A DNA stretch of 64,000 bases, taken from assembly GCA_009859145.1 (NCBI GenBank), contig VRVR01000004.1, forward strand, positions 212,748-276,747. Reading direction: 5' to 3'. The DNA is from Andalucia godoyi And28. Lineage: Eukaryota > Protista > Jakobida. Position numbers and translations under genes: made by a program. The notes below the pieces were generated by a model that made no database searches, was not told the DNA's origin, and worked only from the letters and a program-made list of their open reading frames with translations. Every line of letters starts with the position of its first letter. The first letter of the stretch is position 1. Positions 14,423-25,471 of the stretch are shown here, one piece after another.

Positions 14423-16355
14423 ATGGTTGCAAATGCTGGAGCTGCACCTGCACAAGGCCGCCAACAAGGTGGATGTATGAAATCGTTTCATTTTCGAATG
14501 ACTTTCATTTCAGCACTTACTTAACGTTTCTTGTGTAGTTTCATGGGTGCAATTGATATTCCAGGTGGTGTCGATTTCCATCATTTCCAGATATATATTT
14601 GGAGGCGGTTCCGCAGGATCGTCTTCTTCACACGCAGTGTCTTCTGGGGGGCCTGTCGTTTTTACGAATGCGTGGAGCATAGGGACGAAATTTGTATGCG
14701 GTCACATACTATTTATTTTCTATTTTTCCGTCGTTTGCGGAGCAATCTACTTACTTTTCATTCATTAGGATGTCCATATTTACACAAGTGGTGACTCTGT
14801 GTTTGATTTTGAAACTGCTTCGCTTTTTGAGTCCTCCAAGGGGTTGACTTACGATTGGATTGAACCAAATGAAGTTTTGTTCGAGAATACGTGGCTGGTA
14901 TCCAGAAACGTGGAGGAATTCATCTCCAAACGAAAGTACCTGCATGCCGTCTTTGCCATGTCCGATGTTCCGTATCCTCCGGACTGCTTGAAATGTGGTT
15001 CGAGTGATGTTTGCTATCAATGCAATTCGTGTGTTCATGTTTCAAGGCGTATGGATTCAATCGTGATCGAATGGCTGTGTGCATGCTTGAATATGCTCTA
15101 ATGTTTGCTTTTTTTCTGAGACTCAACAGGTATTATTGAAGATGCAGCGGTAAAAAACGTTGCAAAGATCAATTTGTTGACAGACGGCTCGGCGACTCCA
15201 GCTTCTGCGTCTGAACCACGAGTTGTGCCGCATTTTGTTCCGGATATATTGATCCAGCTGGTCGTCGATGACAACCGCGTACCAGAAGCTCAGTTGGTAG
15301 CTCCAGTGAAAGATTATGTCAAAGTCAATCTGGAAGACAAGACGTACAAGCCTATCACTTTCTTTAATGAGTTCTACATGATGAAGGATCATCGCGTTCC
15401 GCTGAACGATACTGTGGAAGATGTGCATTTTAAGTTGTCGATATCAATGACCTCCAACTGGAAATTCATGCTTTCGGTTCAGATGATTAGCATGTTTAGC
15501 CAGCAGAAATCTATGGGAATGAGTGATGATCGTGCCGAAGAAGACATGAAAAGAATGTTCATCGAGACAAATCCCATTTTGTTGGGTGTCACCATGACCG
15601 TTTCATTGCTCCACATGATTTTTGAATTCTTGGCGTTTAAGAATGATATCCAGTTCTGGAAGAATAACAAGAGTTTAGAAGGGCTCTCTGTGCGTACCGT
15701 TTTCATCAATTGTTTATCCCAGCTTGTTATCTTTTTGTACTTGCTGGACAATGAAACGTCTTGGATGATCGTCCTCAGTTCTGGAATTGGCGTTCTCATT
15801 GAATTTTGGAAGATCAATCGCGTTGTCAATGTGTCTTGGGATTTTACTCGCAGTGTTCCTCGTGTCAGATTCGCCACTAAAGAGTCATATAACAGATCGC
15901 GAACTCGCGAGTTTGACGAAATTGCGACCAGGTACCTTTCTTATGCTGCTGGCATCTTGATGGTAGGCTACACTGTTTACTCAATTGTTTATGAGTCGCA
16001 CAAAGGCTGGTATTCTTTCGTTGTTAACACTCTAGTTGGCTTCATTTACGTTTTCGGATTCATTGCGCTGACACCGCAGCTTTTCATCAACTACAAGCTG
16101 AAATCCGTCGCACATCTTCCGTGGAGAACTTTCATCTACAAGTTTCTCAACACCTTCATTGATGATCTGTTCGCGTTCGTCATCAAGATGCCGACTTTGC
16201 ATAGAATTGCCTGCCTGCGAGACGATGTCGTATTTTTGCTATTGCTCTACCAGCGCTGGATATATCCAGTTGACAAACAAAGAACCGAATCAGGATCCAT
16301 ACCAGAATCCCCCTCTGTGGCTGGCAATTCACAAAAGGACGAAAAACAAGACTGA
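14423..16355 (+). CDS. CLPTM1: CLPTM1-family membrane protein, 4 exons (14423-14474, 14539-14693, 14769-15048, 15130-16355)
   Basis: Motifs FEFLAFKNDIQFW, LEGLSVR and PQLFINYKLKSVAHLPWR.F.YKFLNTFIDDLFAFVIKMP. Three GT-AG introns (14475-14538, 14694-14768, 15049-15129) join in frame. Confidence 0.93.
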
Positions 16356-16378
16356 AAAGAAAATGCTGAGAAGCACAT

Positions 16379-17335
16379 TTAGCTCGATCCGTGCGAAATC
16401 ATTTTAGATACTTCAACGAATCCGTAAAAACCATCTACATCTTCCAAATGCACTTCTCCTGCATAAGCGGTTTTTGCATTGGCACACCCGCAAGCGAGCC
16501 CCAGCCTGCAAGAATTGACAATATCAAGACCTCTCCTTAAACCAACGGCAAGGCCTGCAGCGCATGCGTCACCAGATCCAATTGGGCTCACGACATCGAC
16601 AGACGGAACGGTGAATATCCAAGATTGGTTCACACAGGTCAAAATCGCACTCGCAGATCCACGAGTAACAAAGACATACGCAGCTCCTTCGCTGCACAAC
16701 TCCCTCGAAGCAACAATTACAGCGTCGTCATCGCGTAACGCCCGTCCAACTGTTGCCTCTAATTCATGGATGTTGGGCTTCACTAAAAACGGGCAACGGG
16801 GCAAGGCATTCTTCAAATACGGTCCTTTGGCATCCAAAATGCACTTCACGCTGGCAGTTCGCGCTGCCGACACACAATCTGCATAGAAATCTTCTGGGGC
16901 GTTTGGTGGAAGCGAACCCGAAAAAACAACACAGGAGACTTCGCTTCTCTCAGAGAACGCTTGATGCAGCATTGCCAAGCAGTCCGTATAATAATTGACG
17001 GATAATTCAGATGATTCTTGCACTAACTCGGTTGCTGTTCTCGCTTGCACATCCAGACAAGTGATGCACACCCGTGTTGAGTGCTCGCAAGACAATATCC
17101 CGTGTTCAATTCCGTTAGTGTCACAAAAATCCTGCAGCATTTGTTTTGCATCACAACCAATAACGGTGAGTGCTAACACTCTCTCCCCTAATGTACGAAT
17201 GACGTTGGAAACATTCAATGATTTTCCTGCAATTCGCACCTCCACGCGATTCGTTCTGTTGACTTCATCAATTTTGAAAGAGCTAAAGAACATGACACGG
17301 GACAGTGCTGGAGTCATGCCAAACGTGAAAATCAT
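16379..17335 (-). CDS. 1-phosphofructokinase/tagatose-6-phosphate kinase family hexose kinase (PfkB superfamily)
   Basis: Motifs EVNR, AGKSLNV..V..TLG, FSGSLPP, LVKPNI.ELE and SPIGSGDA..AG. Intronless. Confidence 0.9.
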   Translation of the reverse strand: MIFTFGMTPALSRVMFFSSFKIDEVNRTNRVEVRIAGKSLNVSNVIRTLGERVLALTVIGCDAKQMLQDFCDTNGIEHGILSCEHSTRVCITCLDVQARTATELVQESSELSVNYYTDCLAMLHQAFSERSEVSCVVFSGSLPPNAPEDFYADCVSAARTASVKCILDAKGPYLKNALPRCPFLVKPNIHELEATVGRALRDDDAVIVASRELCSEGAAYVFVTRGSASAILTCVNQSWIFTVPSVDVVSPIGSGDACAAGLAVGLRRGLDIVNSCRLGLACGCANAKTAYAGEVHLEDVDGFYGFVEVSKMISHGSS

Positions 17336-17663
17336 TCTTCAGTGCGATGTGCAAGAACAAACCATCAGACTCGGAGAAAAAACGAAGAGCCAGAAAAGAA
17401 AACGAGTGCCTGTCGAACAAAGTTGGGCATGCGGCATATTGAAAGAAATCTTGTTGGCCACCGTGTCAAAGGAGGCACGTAAAATAAATGAAAAACCAGC
17501 TGATAACTTGAGGTCAAGCAAATCGTTGGGCTGCACGGGCTCAGTCAGTCTTTTTGTTTGTTCGTTGTGTGTGATTTCTGTTTTTCCAACGGAAGCTCTT
17601 TTTATGTCTTTTGTTTCCCGCCTGCAAGACAGCATTCCAGCGTAAGTTTCCTGTTTCATGAAC

Positions 17664-18787
17664 ATGTCTGCAACCAATCTGAAGCCGTTGTATGCACCAT
17701 TTGAACCGTTTTCATCTGGATACATAAAAGTATCGGATTTGCACACCGTCTACTACGAATTGAGTGGAAATCCCAACGGGAAGCCTGTTGTTTTCCTTCA
17801 TGGAGGTCCGGGGTATGGGTTTTTTTCCCTTTCGTTCTTTTTGTTCATTAGCCTCTTTTATGGAGATTCAGACATCTCACACTTCGTAGTGGCTCAGTTT
17901 CAGGGTCTGTTAAGTACCGCCAATTCTTCAATCCAGAGAAGTGGCTCGTAGTCGGGTTTGACCAGCGCGGGTGCGGTAAATCCACTCCGTTTGCTGAACT
18001 CCGGGAAAATGATACCTGGGCACTTGTTTCGGACATCGAGAAGATCCGTGAGCACCTTAAGATTGAAAAGTGGACGGTGTTTGGAGGCAGCTGGGGATCG
18101 ACGCTCGCTCTCGCGTATGCTGAAACCCACGTGTCACGAGTCCTTGGTCTGATCTTGCGTGGAATTTTTCTGCTTCGCAAGAAGGAGATCGATTGGTTTT
18201 ACCAAGAAGGAGCATCATTTTTGTTTCCGGAATTCTGGGAGCAGTATCTGTCGCCCATTCCTGTCAAGGAAAGGGGCGATCTGGTCGTCGCGTATCACAA
18301 GCGTTTAACAGGTGCAAACGAAGCGGAAAAACTGGAATGCTGCCGGCAGTGGGCGATCTGGGAGGGAAGAACCTGTACTCTTGTCACTGACCCGTCGAAC
18401 GAAGAGAAGTATGGGGGTGATCTGTTTTCCCTTGCAGTATGTCTTTTTCTTCTGTACCCATCCATTCCACTCCAGCCCTCCTATATTTTATCTCACTAAC
18501 TTGCTTGACAATCTCCGCAGTTTGCACGAATTGAGAACCATTATTTCTTCAACAATGGTTTCCAAAAATTTGATGGACAGTTCCTCGAGGAAGCGTCGAA
18601 GATTTCGGACGCTCAGATTCCGACGTTCATCGTGCAAGGACGATATGACGTGGTCTGCCCGGCCGTGTCGGCATGGGAGTTGAAGAAAGTGATTCCGAGT
18701 GCCGAGCTGCACGTTGTTCTCTCAGGTCACTCTGCCTTTGAGGAGGAAATTGCATCGAAGCTTGTGGAAGCAACCGATAAGTTTTGA
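17664..18787 (+). CDS. pip: Proline iminopeptidase (peptidase S33), 3 exons (17664-17812, 17890-18436, 18521-18787)
   Basis: Motifs HGGPGG, FDQRGCGKSTP, GGSWGS (Ser), LAFARIENHYF, QGRYD (Asp) and SGH (His). Introns 17813-17889 and 18437-18520 (CACTAAC branch point) restore the frame. Confidence 0.95.
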
Positions 18788-18891
18788 CAAGTATAAAACT
18801 TTGATACGATTCGCAGGACGAGAAAGAAAAATAAATGTTTACAAGTCTTGCCATTGTACATGTAGTTTTCGTTTGGCTGGAGGCATAATCA

Positions 18892-19323
18892 CTACTGGTC
18901 AATATCTTCGTTGATGTCTTCAACAGTTGAATTCTTCACCTTCTCCTCGAAAGCAGGAGTACGGAAGAGACGGATGGTAACCTTGGCTTTCCGAGATGAT
19001 TCTTCATCTTTCGCGTCGACAGAACTAGTTTCGATTTTCGACACCGTGGCAACATTGTTCTTTTTCAAAATCTCGGTTGCCGACACAACAGTCTTGATCG
19101 CTGCACAGACAATAAAAATGAGATCGCAGACGAAGAAACTACTAGATTACAGAAAAGACACAGGTGCAAAAATCGCAAGAACGTGATACATACCATTTCC
19201 CAATCCCGAGAGTTCAACGTCGGCAGAAGACTTCAGTTGCTTCTGAGCAAGGTTTGCGTAAAACCCAGCTGAGCGCTTTCCCGAAACTTGGACGATATTA
19301 TCAGCAACAGTTGTCGAAGCCAT
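18892..19323 (-). CDS. Short Alba-domain DNA/RNA-binding protein, 2 exons (19194-19323, 18892-19100)
   Basis: Spliced product reads ..FYANLAQKQL....VELSGLGNAIKTVVSATEILK..V.KIETSS..KAKVTI.L. Intron 19101-19193 (GTATGT..TGCAG). Confidence 0.9.
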
Positions 19324-19710
19324 CGTTGGATGCGTAGAATAAAAATAACAATTGTTCAGAAGTCTTGGGAAATTAAAAGGAGGGAAAATATCGAAGCAGC
19401 CAAAAGGACCTCCCAATGCCATTCAAGAGCGGAAGGGTTCAGGAACCTGGGGGCTGAGAAGCCACCCCAAAAGACCCAAAACAGACCCGAGCCGCTGGCC
19501 GTAGCGACCGGCATTTTCCAAAAAAAAGTCGATTTTTCAACAAAAAAAATTTCCAGAGGGGGGGGGGGGAGGGGAGGGCGATGGGGTTTTCAGATCTGGT
19601 CAAAGCGGGTGGTTTACTATTTGCAGGTTTTCAGATTGGATGGATGCTTTTTCCTTTTCTTTTCTTTCTTTGATTTGTTCTCCACAATCAATTCCTTTTA
19701 TTAATAGACA

Positions 19711-20886
19711 ATGCCTCGGAAAGCGCCGAAAATCGAGCTGTCTTCCATTGAGGCTACATCTGCGGATGATGTGTCTTCCTCCGGAACGTTCACCAACGGA
19801 GCATTTGAGATCAATCGCTACGGCGTTGTGGGTTCTCATGGTGATCGTACCCGACATGTGGTCGCGCTGGATGACGAGAATCACACAGTTGTCAACAATG
19901 TCGATGAACTTATTCCAATCCGCCGACTTGGACAAGGGGCTTCAGGAACAGTGGAACTTATGCAACATCCTGGGACAGGCCGAATCGTTGCTGTGAAGCA
20001 CATCAACGTCTTCGATGCCGGAAAGCGTCTCCAAATTACAAAGGAATTAGAGACTCTCTTTTCTGCGCATCATCCGAACATTGTGAAGTTTATGGGAGCG
20101 TTTTACTCAGATGGTGCTATCTCCCTGGTCCTCGAATACATGGATGCTGGTTCTTTAGGGGACGTTGTCCAGAAGTACGGTCCGCTTCCGGAAGGCGCTA
20201 TTGCCAAGGTTGCTGAATCTGTCCTCTTGGGGCTGCATTACATGCACAAGACGCTGCATTGCGTGCATCGTGACCTCAAACCATCGAATCTGCTTCTCAA
20301 TTCACGAGGTGAGGTGAAGATCTCGGACTTTGGAGTTTCTGCTCAAGTTGCCCATACTGCTGCCGAATGTGCCACTTTTGTGGGCACTGTGACGTACATG
20401 TCACCGGAGCGAATTTCTGGTGGGACCTATTCAAGCGCCGCAGATGTGTGGGCTCTTGGACTGTCCCTTGTTGAGCTGGCGCTTGGCGAGTTTCCCTACA
20501 AGAAAATCATTGGTGGACGCGATATCACTTTCTGGGCATTGTTAACAATCATTCGTTCTCAACCGGCTCCTTCGTTGCCGAAGAGCCACTTCAGCGAGGA
20601 CTTCATCTCATTTGTTGACTGTTGCCTCAGGAAGGATCCTGCCGATCGACCATCGTGCTCGGAGTTGCTTAATCATCCATTCATCATTAACAACGCTCTC
20701 AATGGTGTCAGTGTGGACGACACCGTGCAATCGCTGGCGCAAAATTGTTTCCGCCAAACAAGACCTGCGAATTCTCTTGATGGAGGAGCATTCTCTGTCA
20801 CTGTCGGTAGTGGAGGGGCGGAAGCATCAGAGGATGAAATTGAAAGCCTGCTGGCTCAACAGTTGACTTTGAGCGGTCCACAGTAG
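19711..20886 (+). CDS. MAP kinase kinase (STE7 family)
   Basis: Motifs LGQGASGTV, VAVK, HRDLKPSN, DFGVS, TFVGTVTYMSPERI and DVWALG. Confidence 0.93.
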   Translation: MPRKAPKIELSSIEATSADDVSSSGTFTNGAFEINRYGVVGSHGDRTRHVVALDDENHTVVNNVDELIPIRRLGQGASGTVELMQHPGTGRIVAVKHINVFDAGKRLQITKELETLFSAHHPNIVKFMGAFYSDGAISLVLEYMDAGSLGDVVQKYGPLPEGAIAKVAESVLLGLHYMHKTLHCVHRDLKPSNLLLNSRGEVKISDFGVSAQVAHTAAECATFVGTVTYMSPERISGGTYSSAADVWALGLSLVELALGEFPYKKIIGGRDITFWALLTIIRSQPAPSLPKSHFSEDFISFVDCCLRKDPADRPSCSELLNHPFIINNALNGVSVDDTVQSLAQNCFRQTRPANSLDGGAFSVTVGSGGAEASEDEIESLLAQQLTLSGPQ

Positions 20887-22293
20887 TTGGAGCTATCTCT
20901 TGTGTTCATCCCGAGAGTTTGTATGTTTTCTTCCATGTATTGTACTGTCTGATAGATAAACACGAATGTCCATTAGCTCATGTCGCAGTCCGTTTTCATA
21001 TTCTTTCACTAGAGCCATCTGCGGCATGGCGTGCACATCGCACAGAACCGGCAAAGGGACGTGGTTAGAAATCCTCCAGTTGGAATGTTCGTACATTAAA
21101 CGTAATCCGAACAAGTCGAAAACTCAGCATCCCTGTTGCAAAACAAAACAAAAACAAAAACAAAAACAGGGGACGCAGGTCTCGGCGACGCCGAGACAGA
21201 AAACATCTCACAGAAATTCTGCGACAACAGTTTATCGTTTACTCGTCAGGTCAACGCATTACAGAAAGCACAGAGCATTCCGTTATCTACATAAAATCAT
21301 CCACCAGCTCGGTAAGAAAAGGTCAAACTGCAACACAAGAAAACCCATTAGCACAATCACAGGATACTGAAATCGAAAAAAAACCCACACGGCACCGAAA
21401 AAACAAACAAACGGGATAGGCCAAATGGAAGGACGATGGACCGCGCAGATATGACAGACAGTTTGCAAGTGGGTACCAGACCCGGAAAGCAAAACTGAGC
21501 GGGTCGATGACAACACCAAAGCCAGGCGGATGACGACGCAAAAACAAAAAAAAGACTGCGAAACACCTGTAAAGGGTATAGACAGTTGTCACAAATCAAT
21601 CCGAAATTCGACAAACATTGTTGGGCAGGCAATGCAAGATGGTCCGGAAAAGAAAACTGTCTGAAGCAGCGACAGAAATGAGCAACAGAGCACAAAATTC
21701 GAAGTGTGTATGTGAAGTAGTCTGGAGTCCTGCAGTTTTAGACGCTGGCTGAGAGTACCAAAAGATGCACATCCTTCGGTGCTGCTTCATCAGCGTGTTT
21801 GCGGCCAAGGCAGCGATTCCCGGCCATATGCTCGATGCGAAACTTGCCACAAACTCGTGGGTTCTGCGGTTTCTAGATCATGTCACATGCATCTACACCA
21901 CGCACATGCCGGCAAGTCACATTCTTCGAGCCCTAAAAAAAAAAAGAGAAGTTATCCAAATCTCAACAGGATGTCAGGTTATGCCTTGCTTAGTAATGCC
22001 CATTGACATTTCTATAACAGATGCACACACTGCACTCTCGTCTGCTGACTTCTGGATGTTTCGACTTCGTTTTGTTGATGTTGGGATGTGAAGTCATCTG
22101 CACATCTGTTTCATCTCTACACAGTAAAGATCTTCAGACAACGTGAATGTCGCTTCTCTGACTAATATTCATGATACGTTTAAGACGGATTTCATGTACA
22201 TTCCTGCGATTTATTGGAATCAAATATTGCAGCTGATTATGCGCTCACGCTATTCTGCCGGGTAAGAACATCCAAGCATCTCAGCCGGAATTG

Positions 22294-23014
22294 TTATTCA
22301 AACATGTTATCATCTCCATTTACTGAGACAGTAGCGGAACTTTTTTGAAACTTTGTAAGGTGAGTTCTTGTGAAATTGCTGTTTCTGCGGGTTTTCGCCA
22401 TACGCTTTTGTTCCTCAACTCTTTCCTGTCTTCTTCCCAGTCTTTTTTCCTCTGGACATCGATAATCGTTGGACGGAATTGCCAGGTGTTCGTTATGTTT
22501 TAACAAACTCGATTCTTTCTGCGCATTCGGTGAACGCGCCATGCTGTTGTGCATCGAATCCGATCTTTCTGCTAAATGCGAATCTGATCGTCCTCCGTTT
22601 CGCTGTTGTTTCATTCTGTCTTGACACTCTTTTTGTCGTTTCATTGTGTCGCAGATGAGGTCTGTATCAGCATTTTCTGCATTTGCTCGGATGTGTTTTA
22701 GATGTTAGCGTTTTTTTCTTCTGGCACACATCCCTTGAATATGTAGTCCTCGAGGCTCACCCACGGATTTGCTAGATTTGCTTGTTCACGATCCGACAAG
22801 AAACATACACACCTTTTTGAAAGGTGGCTGGCGCTCCCTGGTTCTGTAGTTCTCGGTTCTGATCATGGAAACTGACGCGTCTTTTGTCACGAGTGATCAG
22901 TGCTGTTCTCGTTTTACAAAACAGTGCCCGCGTCTTGACAGACACATGGAGTTTGCAAATCTTTTTGAGTTCATCCCCCCCCCCCCCCCCCTCTCTGCTT
23001 CTCGACAATGCCAT
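22294..23014 (-). CDS. Possible spliced hypothetical protein (low confidence)
   Basis: The charged 116-aa ORF at 22294-22644 has an upstream acceptor at 22677 with a GCTAAC branch point. A GTGTGT donor at 22812 would join it in frame to ORF 22772-23053. No recognisable homology. Confidence 0.25.
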
Positions 23015-23189
23015 TCGGGTAGGGCTTGACCTGTCAACACATAAAACAGACACAGGATTTAAGAATCCCTTTGTCGACTTGCAGATGATGATTGTTTCTT
23101 TCCTTCTTCCTCTTTTTTCATTGTAATTTTATTTGTTTTGTGTGTCTCCTCCTCGTATTCGCTCTCAGGAAATTACAAACAGCTGCAGA

Positions 23190-23843
23190 CTAAGCCACTT
23201 CCGGGTTCAGGCCGTGCTTGCGCATTTCATTCGTTAGTTCAAATAGGTAGTCCAAGCATTCCGATACAGTTTTTGCTTCGACCCAATCCCTGCCCCAGAC
23301 GTAGATTCCATGTCGGCGAACCAACACCGCGGGAGAAGAAGGGTACGCTAATATTGCTGTTTCCAAGCTAGAAGACAAGTCTTCTTCTCGAGCGGTATTC
23401 TCTATAATGGGGATTACTAACGTGTCAAAATAAGAGCAACCAGGGATACCTTTCATCATTTCCAAATTCGTGCATCGAAACTCAGAACCGTTGACTAACA
23501 GAGTTGACAGCACAGCATGTGGAGAATGGTTATGAATGACAGCTCCAGCAGAACGATGTCGATACGCAGCCATGAATAAGGGAGTGCATGCAGACAGCTT
23601 GAAGCTTTTGTTTTCTGGCTCTTCGACGCACTTTCCAGTTTCATCCAACATAAACATATCAAGGGGATCCATTCTTTCCTTTTGGACTCCAGAAGGAGCA
23701 ACAAATATGCTGTTGCCAGACCTCACAGAAATTCCGCCTCCAGTACCGGACACCCAATTTTTGTCATAGAAAACTTCACAAAGTTCACAGATGACTGTTC
23801 GTGGGTCATCAGAAGGATACTTTACCTTTCCTCGAGTCGACAT
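23190..23843 (-). CDS. mtnB: Methylthioribulose-1-phosphate dehydratase (APIP/MtnB)
   Basis: Motifs ICELC..FY...WVSGTGGGISVR, APSGVQKERM, SACTPLF, GAVIHNHS, EMMKGI, IIENT and AVLVRRHGIYVWG. Confidence 0.96.
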   Translation of the reverse strand: MSTRGKVKYPSDDPRTVICELCEVFYDKNWVSGTGGGISVRSGNSIFVAPSGVQKERMDPLDMFMLDETGKCVEEPENKSFKLSACTPLFMAAYRHRSAGAVIHNHSPHAVLSTLLVNGSEFRCTNLEMMKGIPGCSYFDTLVIPIIENTAREEDLSSSLETAILAYPSSPAVLVRRHGIYVWGRDWVEAKTVSECLDYLFELTNEMRKHGLNPEVA

Positions 23844-23935
23844 AGCGAGTCTCTCAACCTTGTGCAGATTCTGTGTTCACAGTTCCAAAAAAAAAAAAAT
23901 AAATAAAAAAAAAATCCCTTCTCGATTTCTTTTTG

Positions 23936-25471
23936 ATGAAAGTCGCGAAACCTCCCCCCAAAACAGGCGACTCAAGTGTCCTTCATCGTCGAATTTTGCG
24001 GTTTTTCCCTGACTTGGGCGAGTGGCAGAATGACGGCGATTCTTGTCTGCACTCCGGATTCCGTTCCGTTTTCGTTTTCCAACAAGCGGTTCAAAGTCGA
24101 GATTGCACAATGCTATGGCCTCCTGTTGGGCTTGGGATGCAGCGGGCCGTTGAGGTGTCCGCAGTTCTTTTGGCTTTTGATCATTTTATTCCCGAATCCT
24201 TCAAAGACAGTGCATTATTGTTGATTTGTCGCATGTTTTGCACATTCTATTTCTTCATTCAGTTTGATATTCTCGGTTCTTTAATACGATTTCTCGCATT
24301 TACATTTAAATATGAAGAATTCCCTATTGTCTTGAATGCAGATCTCTTCTTGTCGCAAAATCGGCCTAACGTGCACTGGTCATCATTCTTGGTGAATCCC
24401 GCTGGTTTTGTCACGTTGCATATCGAAGCCTGCCCTTCTCAGCTGTCCGGTGCATTCGTTCTTTCGTCTTTTCAAAAACGCACATTCAAGATAATGTTAA
24501 AATCAAAAAAATCTGAGAGAAGTGGTACGATTTCGTGGTCAATAATGACCACTTCAAGGCGTAAGTCTTCCTTCACTGCGATCGATCCGAGTGATCCTAT
24601 TGGCCGCCTCCTTGCGGGATGCGGAGCATTAGCGCACAACAGTCTCCGTATATCAAAAAGTGATGGTGAAATTGTATTAGTTCCGAAGCTTGAGAAGGAT
24701 GCCTGGCTGTTTGGGAACGAAGATGCCGTCATGTCAGTTGTCAGACACTTTTCTTTCGTGATCCATCGACCTGCTGACATGTTGCGATATGGTGTATCCC
24801 CCAAAGCGGCGTACTTGTTCGCAGGACCTGTTGGATCTGGGAAATCCACTGCTATCCGGTACATTGCGTCCATCCTTGATCTACCTCTGCATACCACCAC
24901 TCTCACCAAGTTTTCCTCGGATTCTCTGGTATTTTCCTCCGCAGCGATTCTCGTTGTTGAAGACGTTCACGTGCAGTCACCAGTTGAACTATTCCAACTT
25001 GCAGGTGTCAAAAATCAAGCGGATCGCGACAGTACGGATCGCATTTTCAAGTATGTCAACCGAATGACAGAAATACTTCAGATCTTGGACGGACTGGAAA
25101 CACCGCACGGGCTGCTGTGTATTTTCACTGCGAACTTTCATTCTGTTCTTGAAACTGCTATCGATATTCATGCGCTACTGCGGCCGCTGAGATTGAAATG
25201 CATATCTTTTGACTATCCGAGATTGAGTTCTTTACAATCGTCCGCACCGCCAATATACAAGCGATACATCCGATTTCTTGTAATGATGGGCATCAGGGGC
25301 GATGAGGAAGTCAACATAGCACAACTGAAAGAGTGCATTGTGTTGGCGGAATCTCAAGTGTACAAATCCACAGAGGACGTTACTCTTGAAGCATTCTCGG
25401 AGATATGGAATAACACCAATGCGGAACGAGAGAGCATGAAAAAACGCTTGACAACCGACAAGACAAGTTAG
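23936..25471 (+). CDS. Divergent BCS1-like AAA+ ATPase (start uncertain)
   Basis: Walker A YLFAGPVGSGKS, Walker B ILVVED, ILQILDGL, CIFTAN and ALLRPLR. The N-terminal part is not clearly coding. Confidence 0.7.
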   Translation: MKVAKPPPKTGDSSVLHRRILRFFPDLGEWQNDGDSCLHSGFRSVFVFQQAVQSRDCTMLWPPVGLGMQRAVEVSAVLLAFDHFIPESFKDSALLLICRMFCTFYFFIQFDILGSLIRFLAFTFKYEEFPIVLNADLFLSQNRPNVHWSSFLVNPAGFVTLHIEACPSQLSGAFVLSSFQKRTFKIMLKSKKSERSGTISWSIMTTSRRKSSFTAIDPSDPIGRLLAGCGALAHNSLRISKSDGEIVLVPKLEKDAWLFGNEDAVMSVVRHFSFVIHRPADMLRYGVSPKAAYLFAGPVGSGKSTAIRYIASILDLPLHTTTLTKFSSDSLVFSSAAILVVEDVHVQSPVELFQLAGVKNQADRDSTDRIFKYVNRMTEILQILDGLETPHGLLCIFTANFHSVLETAIDIHALLRPLRLKCISFDYPRLSSLQSSAPPIYKRYIRFLVMMGIRGDEEVNIAQLKECIVLAESQVYKSTEDVTLEAFSEIWNNTNAERESMKKRLTTDKTS

